DNA of 64,000 nucleotides from positions 62,001 through 126,000 of the IMG/VR virus record IMGVR_UViG_3300042891_000711; one strand, given 5' to 3'. The translations under genes and the position numbers were made by a program. Positions 19,790 through 31,500 of this stretch are shown here, piece after piece. The number at the start of each line of letters is the position of its first letter. The first letter of the stretch is position 1. The notes under the pieces were generated by a model. The model had not been told where the DNA came from, did no database searches, and saw only the letters and a program-made list of their open reading frames with translations.

Positions 19790-20635
19790 ATGCAAATTAC
19801 AGCAGGTATAATCAAAGCAATATTTCCAAAGTACAAGCATCCAGAAGACCTAGCAGAAGTACTTACAGAGCAATTTGAAAAGTACGAGATTAACACAGTT
19901 AATCGTGCTGCAGGCTTCTTAGCACAATGCGGACATGAGTCTGCAGGCTTTACAATCTTAAAAGAAAACTTAAACTACTCAGCAGAGGGTTTAAACAAAA
20001 TCTTTAAAAAATACTTCCCTACACTAGCAAGTGCTCAACCATATCATCGTCAACCAGAAAAGATTGCTAACAAAGTCTACGGTGGACGTATGGGCAATGG
20101 ACCAGAGTCAAGCGGCGATGGATTTAAGTTCTGTGGCCGTGGTGCTATTCAACTTACAGGTCGCGATAACTATACTAAATTTGCTAATTCGGTAGGCTTA
20201 ACTGTAGAAGAAGCAGTGGCAGATTTAGAAACACTAGATGGTGCTATCGAATCAGCATGCTGGTTCTGGAAAACAAATGGCCTAAATGCTATCTGTGATA
20301 CAGATGATATTGTTAAAATGACTAAACGTATTAACGGCGGCACAATTGGCTTGGAAGACCGCACAAAACACTACAAAGAAGCTAAACACTTGTTAGGTGG
20401 CGGACACGTAGCAGAGTCACATGCGGCGCCTGCATCTACTACAGAGTACGTAACAGTGCGTGTAGGTAGCAATAACGACACAGTCAAAGCAGTACAAAAA
20501 GCATTAGGACAAACAGCAGATGGTAAGTTTGGTCCGGGTACAGAGAAAGCAGTTAAAGCATGGCAAACAGCACATGGCCTAACAGCAGATGGTATTGTTG
20601 GTCCGGCAACTATTCGTAAGATGCTAGGAGAATAA
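19790..20635 (+). CDS. endolysin, GH19 plus peptidoglycan-binding domain
   Basis: FLAQCGHES, ENLNYS, GRGAIQLTGRDNY, INGG; C-terminal ADGKFGPGT...ADGIVGPAT. Confidence 0.93.
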   Translation: MQITAGIIKAIFPKYKHPEDLAEVLTEQFEKYEINTVNRAAGFLAQCGHESAGFTILKENLNYSAEGLNKIFKKYFPTLASAQPYHRQPEKIANKVYGGRMGNGPESSGDGFKFCGRGAIQLTGRDNYTKFANSVGLTVEEAVADLETLDGAIESACWFWKTNGLNAICDTDDIVKMTKRINGGTIGLEDRTKHYKEAKHLLGGGHVAESHAAPASTTEYVTVRVGSNNDTVKAVQKALGQTADGKFGPGTEKAVKAWQTAHGLTADGIVGPATIRKMLGE

Positions 20636-20636
20636 C

Positions 20637-21089
20637 ATGTGGATGTTAACATTTATTCCGGATAGCATCTTACATGCGTTCGTTAATTCTGTATTCTATG
20701 CTGGTATCATTACTTCATTATTGGGCTTTGTATTCAATTTTAGTTATCTTAGACCCTATCGACTAATAGTACAAGTTGTAGGTATCATGCTGTTAGTAGC
20801 AGGTGTGTATTTTAAAGGCGGCTACGAAGTTGAACAACAATGGCGAGCACGTGCTGCAGAATTACAATCAAAAATAGATACTGCTGTAGTTAAAAGCCAA
20901 ACTGCTAACACAGTGATTCAAACTAAAGTAGTTACCAAAATTAAACGAGTTAAAGAAATACAGGTACAACTACAAAAAGAAATTATTGAAAAAGAAAAGA
21001 TCATCAACGGTGAATGTGTAGTGCCCAAAGAAGCTATCGAAATACTAAACAAAGCCGCTGAAGGGCCTAGCAAGGAGGAAACTAAATGA
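20637..21089 (+). CDS. i-spanin (Rz-like)
   Basis: N-terminal TM segments then coiled coil, downstream of endolysin. Confidence 0.7.
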   Translation: MWMLTFIPDSILHAFVNSVFYAGIITSLLGFVFNFSYLRPYRLIVQVVGIMLLVAGVYFKGGYEVEQQWRARAAELQSKIDTAVVKSQTANTVIQTKVVTKIKRVKEIQVQLQKEIIEKEKIINGECVVPKEAIEILNKAAEGPSKEETK

Positions 21090-21346
21090 GATATCTATTA
21101 GTAGTATTATTGCTCTCAGGATGTTCAACGCTAGTGCCAGTTCGAGCAACATTCCCAGACGTTCCTAGTGAACTTGCTATAGATTGCCCAGTTCTTAAAC
21201 AACTACCTGCAGACACAAACAAACTAAGTGATGTTGTAGGCAATGTAAGTGAAAATTACAGCACCTACTACGAGTGTCAGGCCAAACATGAAGCCTGGGG
21301 TATTTGGTATAAAGAACAACGTCGTATCTACGAGGAAATTAAATGA
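21086..21346 (+). CDS. o-spanin lipoprotein (Rz1-like)
   Basis: Lipobox LLSGC, Pro-rich, two further Cys. Confidence 0.75.
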   Translation: MRYLLVVLLLSGCSTLVPVRATFPDVPSELAIDCPVLKQLPADTNKLSDVVGNVSENYSTYYECQAKHEAWGIWYKEQRRIYEEIK

Positions 21347-21756
21347 AAAAGCTAGCCTTAGTTAGTCTAGTAGTATTATTAACTGGTTGCGCTAGTATTA
21401 ATACCATAATTGATGCTTACCGTATGGCCAAGTTCGACAGCAACGAATATAGTTTAGTCAATCAAATTCATACTCAAGCACAAGTGGGCGTGGCCAAATG
21501 TGGTACTAAAGATGTACTAGTTTATGTAGACAATGTTTATATTAAGAGCATAGAACTACGTAACTATTCAGCAAGCATTCCGCACAACAATGAAACAGTT
21601 ACAATGACTACAGAACTTGCGGCTATTACTAAAGGTCTTAAAGATCGTTATGATAGCGGTGACGAAGTTAGTAAAAAGTACTGCGAACTTAAATTTAACA
21701 ACATAGAAAACAGTTCGGGTACAATGAAAACAGTAATAGGAGCAAAACCAAGATGA
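21343..21756 (+). CDS. second lipoprotein in lysis cassette
   Basis: Signal peptide with lipobox LTGC. Confidence 0.7.
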   Translation: MKKLALVSLVVLLTGCASINTIIDAYRMAKFDSNEYSLVNQIHTQAQVGVAKCGTKDVLVYVDNVYIKSIELRNYSASIPHNNETVTMTTELAAITKGLKDRYDSGDEVSKKYCELKFNNIENSSGTMKTVIGAKPR

Positions 21757-21962
21757 GCAGTGTAGACAGTGTATTAATAGAAGTACATGCATTACAAGCA
21801 GAATTTGCTAGTGGTAAGTTATCACTAAGTGAATATAAAGAATTACTTAAAGATTTACAAAGCACTAAAGTTATCGAAGCAGCGGCTGGCGATCTAGCAA
21901 AATTAAGTCAGTTAAACGAAATAATTAATAATTTAATTGATATAGCCAGCGCAGTAAGTTAA
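21753..21962 (+). CDS. hypothetical protein
   Basis: ATGA overlap, AGGAG upstream. Confidence 0.65.
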   Translation: MSSVDSVLIEVHALQAEFASGKLSLSEYKELLKDLQSTKVIEAAAGDLAKLSQLNEIINNLIDIASAVS

Positions 21963-22008
21963 CCACAAACTAATAAATAATAATAACAATAATAATTAGG
22001 AGCATGAT

Positions 22009-22299
22009 ATGGTAACAGCAGCAGAAAAAAAATCAGAAGATTGGATGACCAGTAAATGGCGTCCACTAATGGCCGTAACATATATGGCAACAATTTGGTT
22101 TGACTTTATTGTAGGTCCAATCTTATTCAACTTACTTCAATATTGGAATCCAGGGCAGGCAGTGGGTATGTGGGTACCGTTAACATTACAGGGCGGTGGT
22201 TTATATCATATCTCTATGGGTGCTATTTTAGGTATTGCAGCATGGACACGCGGTAAAGAAAAAGTAGCAACTATCGAAGCAGGTGACTCGGGAAAGTAA
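22009..22299 (+). CDS. putative holin (3TM-holin/GTA-holin-like)
   Basis: KWRPLMAVTY...GAILGIAAWTRGKEK; follows endolysin and spanins. Confidence 0.75.
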   Translation: MVTAAEKKSEDWMTSKWRPLMAVTYMATIWFDFIVGPILFNLLQYWNPGQAVGMWVPLTLQGGGLYHISMGAILGIAAWTRGKEKVATIEAGDSGK

Positions 22300-22529
22300 C
22301 AGGGTTCGAAGACGCCCCAGTATTAAGTTCTTCGACAGAGCCTGTATGGTTAAGCCAACGCAATCCGGCAGATAATGTACCTGTAGCTAGTGTAGCACCA
22401 GTACTTAACGAACCAGAAGTTGCTGAAGGTTATGCGGCAGCAATTTCAAATGCTCCAGTTGAAGCAGAAGTTGCACCAGAACCTGTAGCAGTGGATCCTA
22501 ATAGACCGTTGCGTAGAAAGAAAACTTAA
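22290..22529 (+). other. predicted -1 programmed ribosomal frameshift site and 77-codon extension of the holin
   Basis: G GGA AAG (22290-22296) directly before TAA; -1 frame open to TAA 22527-22529 with no usable start; downstream stem TCGAAGA/TCTTCGA. Confidence 0.75.
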
Positions 22530-22553
22530 CCACAGGTAATTTCGATAGTAAAT

Positions 22554-22594
22554 AAAAAGGAGAGCTTGACAATTCTCCTTTTTTCACATACAAT
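22554..22594 (+). promoter_or_regulatory. terminator hairpin overlapping sigma70 promoter
   Basis: AAAAAGGAGA...TCTCCTTTTT hairpin with TTGACA (22566) in its loop, 17 bp, TACAAT (22589). Confidence 0.75.
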
Positions 22595-22601
22595 AACTAC
22601 T

Positions 22602-23435
22602 ATGACAGATGCATACTCAACACTAGGCGTACAACGTGGCGCCACAGACGAAGAAATTAAACGAGCTTATCGCAAGCTCGCTGCTAAACATCATCCTGAT
22701 AAAGAAGGTGGTGACACTGCTAAGTTTCAAGAGATACAGGGTGCATACGAAACGCTCTCGGATCCACAGAAACGACAACAACATGATAATCCAAATCCGT
22801 TTGCTGCAGGTGGTAATGGTGGTGGATTTGAATTTCATTTTGGCGGAGGTGGTCCTCAAGATATATTCAGCCAATTCTTTAGCCAACGTGCAGGAAATCC
22901 ATTTCATCAACAATCACAACCAAGACGTAATAAAGACCTACGTATCAATATAACTGTTACCTTAGCCGGTACGTTAAATGAACAACAAAAAACAGTAAGT
23001 GTACAGACTACTAAAAATGATAAGTTTAACGTAGATGTCAAAATACCGCGTGGTGTAAGTAACGGTACAACAATTAAATACACACAAATGGGCGATAACT
23101 TCTTCGAGTCGTTGACACGTGGTGACTTGTATGTTATTATTAATGTAATTGCTGATGCAAGGTTTGAAATACATGGTGTTAATTTAGTTAGTAATTTAGA
23201 AATTTCCTCAATTGAAGCCATGACAGGCACAGAAAAAGAAATAGAAGGCGTTGATGGTAGTACGTTCTTAATTAAGATCCCGCAAGGATGTCAATTTGGT
23301 ACTAAGTTTGGTCTACAAGGCAAAGGTCTATATCAAATGAATACAGACTATCGAGGTGATTTAATTGTTAATACAATAATTAAAACTCCAACATTAACAG
23401 CGGCACAGATAGAAATACTTAAAACAATTAACTAG
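22602..23435 (+). CDS. dnaJ: DnaJ/CbpA-class co-chaperone
   Basis: J-domain with HPD, G/F-rich linker, C-terminal domain, no Zn finger; ATG at 22602. Confidence 0.93.
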   Translation: MTDAYSTLGVQRGATDEEIKRAYRKLAAKHHPDKEGGDTAKFQEIQGAYETLSDPQKRQQHDNPNPFAAGGNGGGFEFHFGGGGPQDIFSQFFSQRAGNPFHQQSQPRRNKDLRINITVTLAGTLNEQQKTVSVQTTKNDKFNVDVKIPRGVSNGTTIKYTQMGDNFFESLTRGDLYVIINVIADARFEIHGVNLVSNLEISSIEAMTGTEKEIEGVDGSTFLIKIPQGCQFGTKFGLQGKGLYQMNTDYRGDLIVNTIIKTPTLTAAQIEILKTIN

Positions 23436-23449
23436 GCAAGGACTAAACA

Positions 23450-25759
23450 ATGGCAATAAATTCCAATCCCGAAATTGAAGAAATCATTGCGGCTGCAACT
23501 GATCTCGCACGTGATTATAGGCACGAATATGTAACACTCGAGCATTTGTTAATTGCACTCGTTGAATTTAGATCATTTAAGAAGTTGTTAACTGATTATG
23601 GCATTGACACTACACCGCTATTAGCAGACTTATACGAATACACTGCTCAACAGGATCATCTTGTTGACTTGTCGGATAAAGAAATCGTTCCACAACGTAC
23701 ACATAGTTTAGAGCGTGTGTTTAATCGTGCATTTACACAGGTGTTGTTTACAGCACGTGAGCAAATGGAGCCAGTGGATTTATTTCTAAGCATCAGTCAA
23801 GAAACTAATAGTCATGCCGCTTACTTTATGCTTAAATGGGGTATTAACCGTAAAGATCTAGTAAAATATTATGCAGATAAATTTGTCGATGGTAAAGCAG
23901 TCAAGACTAAAGATCCAAAAGTCAAACAGGATTACTCTGATGCAATATTAGAAGAATACTGTACAAATCTAAATGCCGTTGCTACAGAAGGCAAAATTGA
24001 TCCAGTTATTGGCCGTGAATACGAATTAGAAGAAATTGCACAGGTATTAGCACGTCGTCATAAATCCAACGTGCTTATGATTGGTGATCCAGGTGTGGGT
24101 AAAACTGCTATTGCAGAAGGTCTAGCATATAAAATAGTCAACGGTGAAGTGCCAGAATACTTAAAACCCTACACAGTCTATAACTTAGAGATTGGTAGCT
24201 TACTAGCAGGTAGTAAATATCGCGGCGAGTTTGAAGAAAAACTTAAAGATGTACTTGAATCACTGAACACCAAAGGCAATTGTATCTTGTTTATCGACGA
24301 AGCACATCAAATGCAAGGTGCCGGCGCAGGTAGTTCAAGCAGTGTAGATTTTGCTAATATGCTAAAACCTGCACTGGCCAAAGGTGGTATTAAAGTTATT
24401 GCATCAACTACCTACGAAGAATACACACAGTCATTCGAAAAAGACCGTGCGCTAATGCGTCGTTTCTATAAACTAAACATTGACGAGCCTAGTCCAGAAG
24501 TTGCCAAAGATATTTTACTTGGGCTTAAAGGGCACTTTGAAAAGTTCCATAATGGTGTAATCTTAGAAGAAGCAATTGAACTAGCTGTCGACCTAAGTGT
24601 ACGTTATCAAACAGACAAACGCTTACCAGATAAAGCTATTGACCTAATCGACATGAGTTGCGCACGTCTTAAAATTAATAATCCAACTTGGGTAGTTAAT
24701 GGCGATGCAATTGTTGAAACACTAGCTAAAGCAACTAAGATTCCTAAAGAGAATTTTGACAGCAAACATGCATCAACATCATTACCAAGTTTAGAAAGCA
24801 ACATTAAAGATAAACTATACGGACAAGATACCGCAGTTGATGCAGTACTTGAAAAGATTTATGTTGCTAAGGCCGGATTGAAAGCACATAACAAACCAGT
24901 AGGTAACTTTTTATTCTTAGGCCCAACTGGTACAGGTAAGACAGAGTTAGCTAAATTGCTTAGTGAAAACTTAGGTATGAAGTTAATCCGCTTTGATATG
25001 AGTGAATACCAAGAGAAGCATGCTATGGCTAAACTTATCGGCGCTCCCCCGGGCTATGTTGGCTATGAAGATGGTAACTTAGGTGGCGGCTTGCTAATTA
25101 GCGAAGTTGAGCGTAACCCACATTCAATTATCTTACTAGATGAAATTGAAAAGGCTCACCCGGACATCAGTAACTTGTTACTACAGATTATGGACGAAGG
25201 TACTATTACTGGTAGTAACGGTAAGAAAGCGGATTGCCGCAATGCTATGCTAGTATTAACTAGTAACTTAGGTTCAGCAGACAACGAGCAAAACAACATT
25301 GGCTTTGGGCGTGACTTACAAAAATCAGGCGAAGATGATAGTGCTGTTAAAAAGTTCTTCAAACCAGAGTTCCGCAATCGTTTAGATGCAGTTGTTAAAT
25401 TCAACGGACTTGATAAGATTAGCATGAAGAAGATTGTTGTTAAATTCTTAAACGAGCTTAACGAATTGCTTGCAGAGAAACAAATTAAACTACGTTCAAC
25501 AGAAGCACTAGTTGACCACTTAGTTGAAGTTGGATTCGATCGAGCAATGGGCGCACGTCCACTATCACGTAAGATCAGCGAGTTAATCAAAGTGCCGTTG
25601 AGTAAGAAAATCTTGTTTGATAACATTGCCAGTGGCAGTAGTATTACCGCAGACTATGTCAACGATGCTGTAGATTTTATAGTAGTTGATCCAATCGATG
25701 ATATGATTCTATTAGAAAATAAAACAGTTGATGACGAAGGTTTTATTATAGTAGAATAA
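23450..25759 (+). CDS. clpA: ClpA-like AAA+ unfoldase
   Basis: Clp N-domain, GDPGVGKT and [26 protein letters not shown] loop. Confidence 0.93.
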   Translation: MAINSNPEIEEIIAAATDLARDYRHEYVTLEHLLIALVEFRSFKKLLTDYGIDTTPLLADLYEYTAQQDHLVDLSDKEIVPQRTHSLERVFNRAFTQVLFTAREQMEPVDLFLSISQETNSHAAYFMLKWGINRKDLVKYYADKFVDGKAVKTKDPKVKQDYSDAILEEYCTNLNAVATEGKIDPVIGREYELEEIAQVLARRHKSNVLMIGDPGVGKTAIAEGLAYKIVNGEVPEYLKPYTVYNLEIGSLLAGSKYRGEFEEKLKDVLESLNTKGNCILFIDEAHQMQGAGAGSSSSVDFANMLKPALAKGGIKVIASTTYEEYTQSFEKDRALMRRFYKLNIDEPSPEVAKDILLGLKGHFEKFHNGVILEEAIELAVDLSVRYQTDKRLPDKAIDLIDMSCARLKINNPTWVVNGDAIVETLAKATKIPKENFDSKHASTSLPSLESNIKDKLYGQDTAVDAVLEKIYVAKAGLKAHNKPVGNFLFLGPTGTGKTELAKLLSENLGMKLIRFDMSEYQEKHAMAKLIGAPPGYVGYEDGNLGGGLLISEVERNPHSIILLDEIEKAHPDISNLLLQIMDEGTITGSNGKKADCRNAMLVLTSNLGSADNEQNNIGFGRDLQKSGEDDSAVKKFFKPEFRNRLDAVVKFNGLDKISMKKIVVKFLNELNELLAEKQIKLRSTEALVDHLVEVGFDRAMGARPLSRKISELIKVPLSKKILFDNIASGSSITADYVNDAVDFIVVDPIDDMILLENKTVDDEGFIIVE

Positions 25760-25816
25760 TTTATACCTGTATTTGCCATGATAAATAATTATATACAGCT
25801 ATTATAAGGATATATC

Positions 25817-25981
25817 ATGGCAAAGTTACAAGAAGAAGTATTAGTAATCAAAGTAAGTAAACTGTTGAAAGACAGTGAAAATTCAACAGAGATTATCAGC
25901 AATGATATATTGCATAGTCTCGAAGCAGTAGTAGAAGAGCTTGCGGGTGCAGGCACATTAGTAGAAATCGAAAGAGCATAA
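25817..25981 (+). CDS. small hypothetical protein (54 aa, not in ORF track)
   Basis: TAAATA plus AAGGA RBS; MAKLQEEVLVIKVSKLLKDSE...LVEIERA. Confidence 0.75.
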   Translation: MAKLQEEVLVIKVSKLLKDSENSTEIISNDILHSLEAVVEELAGAGTLVEIERA

Positions 25982-26007
25982 TTTAATTCAATAAAGAGAG
26001 ATTTTCA

Positions 26008-26835
26008 ATGGCAAAACGTATTAAACCTAATCAATCGGCGATTAATGCCGCACTACCACAAGCACAACAACAGCAACCAGACTTTAGCAAATATCACATT
26101 CACTTTGCTATCCCTTGTTACGGTGGGCAAATTAATGAACCTACGTTTACAAGTTTCCTACGTTTCATTCTTATGGCGCAACGTATGGGCTTGCAATGGT
26201 CATTAGACACGATGGTTAACGAATCATTGGTAACACGTGCTCGTAATAACTTAGTTGCTAAGATGATGACTAATGAAAAAGCCACACACTTTATGTTCAT
26301 CGATGCTGATATTAGATTCCAACCAGAAAGTATTTTCCAAATGTTGTTATGCGAAAAAGACATCATTGGTGGATTGTATCCTAAGAAAGCATTACCAATT
26401 AATTATGTAATTAACGTTAAGCCTGGCACACAGATTGTTAACGATATTTTCCCAGTAGATACTATGGGTACAGGCTTTATGATGTTTAAGCGTACAGTTG
26501 TTGAAAAAATGATCGAAGCCTACGGCGCTGATACAAAATACGTAGATGATGTTGGTCTCGGTAAACAATACGAGCCATACATGTATTCATTGTTTGACAC
26601 AGAAATTGATGAGAAAGGTCACTATCTAAGTGAAGACTGGACATTCTGTCGTCGTTGGTCTGCACTAGGTGGTGAGATTTATGCTCATGCCAAAGTGTTA
26701 TTGAACCATTGCGGTCACTATGAGTTTGCAGGTGATTTAAGTGTACTAACTGGTGGTAAACCAACAATGCCAGATATTACTCCAGATCAAATTGCAGCTA
26801 AAGCCGCACAAACTGCACAACATCACCCGGTATAA
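26008..26835 (+). CDS. GT-A fold glycosyltransferase-like protein
   Basis: FAIPCYGG, ESLVTRARN, FMFIDADI (DxD), LSEDWTFC. Confidence 0.8.
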   Translation: MAKRIKPNQSAINAALPQAQQQQPDFSKYHIHFAIPCYGGQINEPTFTSFLRFILMAQRMGLQWSLDTMVNESLVTRARNNLVAKMMTNEKATHFMFIDADIRFQPESIFQMLLCEKDIIGGLYPKKALPINYVINVKPGTQIVNDIFPVDTMGTGFMMFKRTVVEKMIEAYGADTKYVDDVGLGKQYEPYMYSLFDTEIDEKGHYLSEDWTFCRRWSALGGEIYAHAKVLLNHCGHYEFAGDLSVLTGGKPTMPDITPDQIAAKAAQTAQHHPV

Positions 26836-26837
26836 AA

Positions 26838-27287
26838 ATGGAACAGGAATCATTAGACTTTTCAGTTACAGTTAGCGGAACATATTGGAGTAAAAAACCA
26901 CAGTTCTCTATCTGGCTCGATAATGCAGTTATCATGCAAACTGAAATTTCTAGTGAATCTCCACAAACTCACAAGTTCACTCATACAATAGATGAAGGTG
27001 AACATACTCTTAGAATTAAATTAGAAAATAAAACTGATTATGATACACTAGTTGTTAATGATCAAGTAAGTAAAGATATGTTACTTAACATTGACGATAT
27101 TACGATTGATGATATATCTCTTGGACAATTATTATGGTCTGAATCAATATTTCAACTAGATAAACCACATGAATATCAGGGTAAAGAAATAACCGAATTA
27201 GATAATTGTGTTAATCTTGGATGGAATGGTTCATATATGCTTAAATTTACCAGTCCTTATTATATTTGGCTCTTAGAAAAATTATAA
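26838..27287 (+). CDS. hypothetical protein
   Basis: ORF in operon. Confidence 0.7.
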   Translation: MEQESLDFSVTVSGTYWSKKPQFSIWLDNAVIMQTEISSESPQTHKFTHTIDEGEHTLRIKLENKTDYDTLVVNDQVSKDMLLNIDDITIDDISLGQLLWSESIFQLDKPHEYQGKEITELDNCVNLGWNGSYMLKFTSPYYIWLLEKL

Positions 27288-27317
27288 ACTAAATATAGTA
27301 ATAGCTACAGGATTACT

Positions 27318-28034
27318 ATGTTTTTATCGCAACTCTTTGAATCAACTACTCCTAAACATGCTGCCTTTTGCTTTGGCCGTATGAATCCACCTACCGTAGG
27401 TCACGGACAATTAATCAACACAGTAGCATCAGCTAGCCAAGGTGGCGATTATTTTGTATTTGTTAGTCAGACACAAGATAAGAAAAAGAATCCTCTAAAC
27501 TATGCTACTAAAGTTAAATTTGTTCAAGCATTATTCCCAGAACATGCAGGTCATGTTGTATATGATGCTAGTATAAAAACTATTATGGATGTTATTCATT
27601 GGTTGTATGCTAATGGATATCGTAATGTAACAATGGTTGCAGGCAGTGATCGTATCAGTAGCTTTCAAGACCTATTGCCTAAATACAATGGCGTGGAAGG
27701 TGTAAACGGTGCCTACTATAAGTTTGACAGTATCAACTTTGTCAGTAGTGGCGAGCGTGACCCTGATGCAGACGGTATAGCCGGTGTTAGTGCTAGTTCA
27801 GCACGTGAAGCTGCTAGTCAAGGTAATTTAGAAGCGTTTGCACAGGCCACAGGTGCAGGTAAACTAGCTGAACCATTGTATAATGCTGTACGTAAAGGCA
27901 TGTTGTTAGAGTGTAGTGGCTATATTCCAAAGAATAAGAAAGAAGCAAAAGATCCACGCTGGAGTAATTCTCTTACTGTAGATATTAAACCAGGTGCGAT
28001 TAACAAAAATCTCAAAGCATTACGGTTAATTTAA
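27318..28034 (+). CDS. cytidyltransferase-like (HxGH) nucleotidyltransferase with leader peptide
   Basis: FGRMNPPTVGH, KNPL, AGSDR, SAS; MFLSQLFE leader. Confidence 0.85.
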   Translation: MFLSQLFESTTPKHAAFCFGRMNPPTVGHGQLINTVASASQGGDYFVFVSQTQDKKKNPLNYATKVKFVQALFPEHAGHVVYDASIKTIMDVIHWLYANGYRNVTMVAGSDRISSFQDLLPKYNGVEGVNGAYYKFDSINFVSSGERDPDADGIAGVSASSAREAASQGNLEAFAQATGAGKLAEPLYNAVRKGMLLECSGYIPKNKKEAKDPRWSNSLTVDIKPGAINKNLKALRLI

Positions 28035-28035
28035 T

Positions 28036-28356
28036 ATGACCGCATTAAATCTCACAGTTGAAGTAAACTGTCATAGACCGGCTTGGTCGATCAATAAAAA
28101 TTATCCAACCGCATATAGAATTTACAATAATAATGATTTATTGACCGAACGTACATGGATGTGGAATAATAATACCGTTATTCGAGAAAATATATGGTTA
28201 TATACAGATACCAACGTATCAAATGTACTGACTATAACTCCTGTTGTTAATATTCAAGAACAGGCTGCATTTAATCTTAACAATTTTACAGTATTAAATC
28301 ATTCAGTTAGTGCCGAACAAATCAATGAACATACCATAAGTTTTATATTACAATAA
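28036..28356 (+). CDS. hypothetical protein
   Basis: ORF track. Confidence 0.6.
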   Translation: MTALNLTVEVNCHRPAWSINKNYPTAYRIYNNNDLLTERTWMWNNNTVIRENIWLYTDTNVSNVLTITPVVNIQEQAAFNLNNFTVLNHSVSAEQINEHTISFILQ

Positions 28357-28364
28357 ATACATAT

Positions 28365-28532
28365 ATGAAAATAACCGATATTATCAAACGACCAGACTTA
28401 ACCGAAGATGCAACAGGCGGAGCAACCAGCTCTGGCGCTATTGCCACTGTACCAGGTGTTGGAACAGGTCCTAAAGTGGGCACATTGTTTGGTGGTACGT
28501 ATAAACAACCTAAAAAGAGAAAAACAAAATGA
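28365..28532 (+). CDS. small leader-bearing protein (55 aa, not in ORF track)
   Basis: MKITDIIKRPDLTE-DATGGATSSGAIA...KKRKTK; TAAATA 5 nt upstream; ATGA overlap with next gene. Confidence 0.75.
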   Translation: MKITDIIKRPDLTEDATGGATSSGAIATVPGVGTGPKVGTLFGGTYKQPKKRKTK

Positions 28533-31500
28533 GTATGATGCGAAAACTATTAGAAGCTATGACTAAATTTGCTGGTGAACCTGAGCAAAAACCGGGTGAG
28601 CAATGGAAGGGTACGGACAAAGGTACTCCAGGTAAAAAACTAGTAGGTGATAGCATCATTAAAGATCTAGTCAAGGGTCCTACTCCAAAAACTAAAGAAG
28701 AAGAATTAGCAGAGGCATACGCTAACTTTATGGAAGATGACATTGGTGTAGAACCTAAACGTCCGGGTCGTAAGAGTGATCGTCCAGCTCGTGAATATAC
28801 TAAACATGGTAAGCCAAGTAAACGTTATACTACAGTTGAAGAAGGTTGGAACACAGGCAATAACCGTGTAAGTTTACCTGATACGCCACACACTTACTGG
28901 AGTGGTACTGGAGCATTACAAAAAGAATACGATGCCTTATACGATGCACTAGTACCAAGTCAAGGTAAAGCAGATACTATTGAAGGCGAAGTATTACGTG
29001 CGTCTAGTAAAATTGTTTATCGTCACTATAACGACGGTGATGAATTTAACGAGGCTAGTTTTGATCAATTAACACCATACATCGGTACAGTTACTGGCTA
29101 CGATGATCTAGCACATAAAGCTATAGAGTTTGCTCTTAAAGCCAATGGTAACTATACTCCAAACCCAGACTGGGATAGTTTAGACGTTATGGACTACGGT
29201 CCTGCGGAAGATGACTACGAAGATGAAGATGAAGAAGATGACGATAGCTGGGATCATGATGACGACGAAGATTTATTAGGAGAAGGTATGGAAGAATTTG
29301 CCAAATCTCAAGCTAAACAACGTGCTGAAAAAAGAAAATCAATTCCTTGGCCTAAAGAAGTTCCAACTGATGCTGAACAAGAGCGCGATCGCACTCGTGA
29401 CGAAGAAGAAAACGATCCACATCCGTATGCAGACACTCCGGACTTAGATGAAGGTGCTACTGACGTTTACTCAATAACATCAGAAAGAAATGGTAGAGAG
29501 CGTAGCAAGTCTGGAACATTGGCTGAACTTATTGAATACTATAGCTACACATTAGAAACTGGTAAATCATACGAACATGAACGTGGTAACAGAAAAATCA
29601 ATCTTAACCCAAAGAGTATTGAATCATTGGTACAAAATTTAAACAATGCTAAAGACAATGCTGCAGCCAATGGTAGTAGCAACGAACGCTTTTACGTAGA
29701 TCATAGCAATATGGCAGAAGGTCGTGGTCCTAGCAAAGGTCTACACAAAAAAGTTACTATCGTTAAAGGTCGTGATGCTGGTAAAACTGGATATGTTCGT
29801 CAGATCAAAACTGACAAGTTAAGAAATCGTGTATATCTTGACCTAGACTTAGAAGATGGTGGGCAAGCAGTAGTGCTTAAACAAGATGTACGTTTAGTAA
29901 AAGACCTAGCAGAAAACTACACTGGTCGTGAAACTAAAGACGGTGTTTGGCGTGTATTTAAAGATGGTCAAGGCGGAAGTGTTGCTGGTCCATTTAAATC
30001 AGCTGAAGAAGCCAATGCATGGATTAAAAAGCAAAATCAAGGTGTGGTGGAAGCACGTACTACGTGGAACAACGATTTCTATGTGTACGATCCAGAAACT
30101 AAAACAGTTAAAAAGAAATTTCGCACACACAGAGGTGCTAAACAGTACGCAGAAGCCAACGGTTTAGCAGTAGCAAGTGCTGAATACTATCATGATTCTG
30201 TTAGTAAAGAAGTAAATGAACATGGTGACCAAGAAGGTTACGAACCGTGGGGCTCACAAGATCTAAAACCAGGTCAAAAGGCTATTCAAGGTAAACCTGT
30301 AAAGGATACTAAAAAATTCACTAAAGATTTGGCTAAAGATTTAGGCAAACAATTTAGTCAAGAACCTAAAGTTAAGGAAGGTTGGGAAAGTGGTCCTGAA
30401 GAACGTACCAGAGTTGAACGTGATCCAGACGCTGAATATGATGCACGTCGTCAAGAGAAATTAGATGCGCCTTATGCTCAAAAAGAACCAGAAGCTAAAG
30501 GATATCACGTAGTTAGCCTCGATACACGTCAGCCAGTCACCGATAAAGTGTTTCCAACTAAAGGACACGCTATGGCCTATATCCAATCTAACTACGGTAA
30601 GAACTTAGCTTATCGTGCTATCAATGAAGGTATTGAAAGCGGTGATCCAGTTGAAAGTGCTGTACTAAGTGCAGTACAAGAACTTATTCAACAAGGACAT
30701 ACAGAAGTAGCACCAGAAGTTATTACTAATATGGTAGTAGCGGCTACAAGTCAACCATTCTTACTTAAAGATCTAGTTGATTGTAACAATAATAGCCCAG
30801 CTATTCAACACTATGTTGACAGTATCAATCCTACTAAAGTTAAATTCTCTAATGAAATTTTAACTGTTAAAAATGAAGATCCTGCAAAAGATAAAAAGCA
30901 AGCACAAGCCGGTGTAAGCAGTATGGCGGCACGTGCGGCTAGTCGCAATCGTCTAGGCGAAACTAAAGCAATATCAGAATTGTCTACTGATTTAGTTACT
31001 AAAGTAGGTACTGCCAGGGCTCAACAACTTGCTCCGCATGTAGCATCTAATAGCACAAGTCCCGACAGATTGAAGTTTGCTATTAAAAAGAATAAAGCTG
31101 TAGATAATTTATTAGCAAAATCAAGAGCGGCAAACGAAATAGGTGATACAGCATCGGCACAGCACGCAGTTGCTGGTGTACGAAAAATTAAAGATACAGT
31201 TGATGGGATTAGTGAAGGCAGTGAAACTCCGTTACGTGATACAGAAGATTATCGGGCCAAACGTAGTGCATTACAACAAATTCAAATGGACCTGGATACA
31301 CATAAAGATCCACAACTTAAAGCTGAATTAACACGTAGATTGGGCAGTTTAAATCAACAATATGCAGATTTACAAAGTAAGTTACGTGAATTTAAAGAGT
31401 CTCGTGGACATAAAGTTATTGCTACCAAGTTAGGTAATATGGATCGCATGAACAATGTTCAGATTCCTACACCAGCAGAACGTCAAGAACAAATACGCTT

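Noticed and set aside
22292-22375. +1 frameshift or stop read-through of the holin
   Set aside because: The +1 frame closes after about 27 codons; the -1 frame has the canonical heptamer and a longer ORF.
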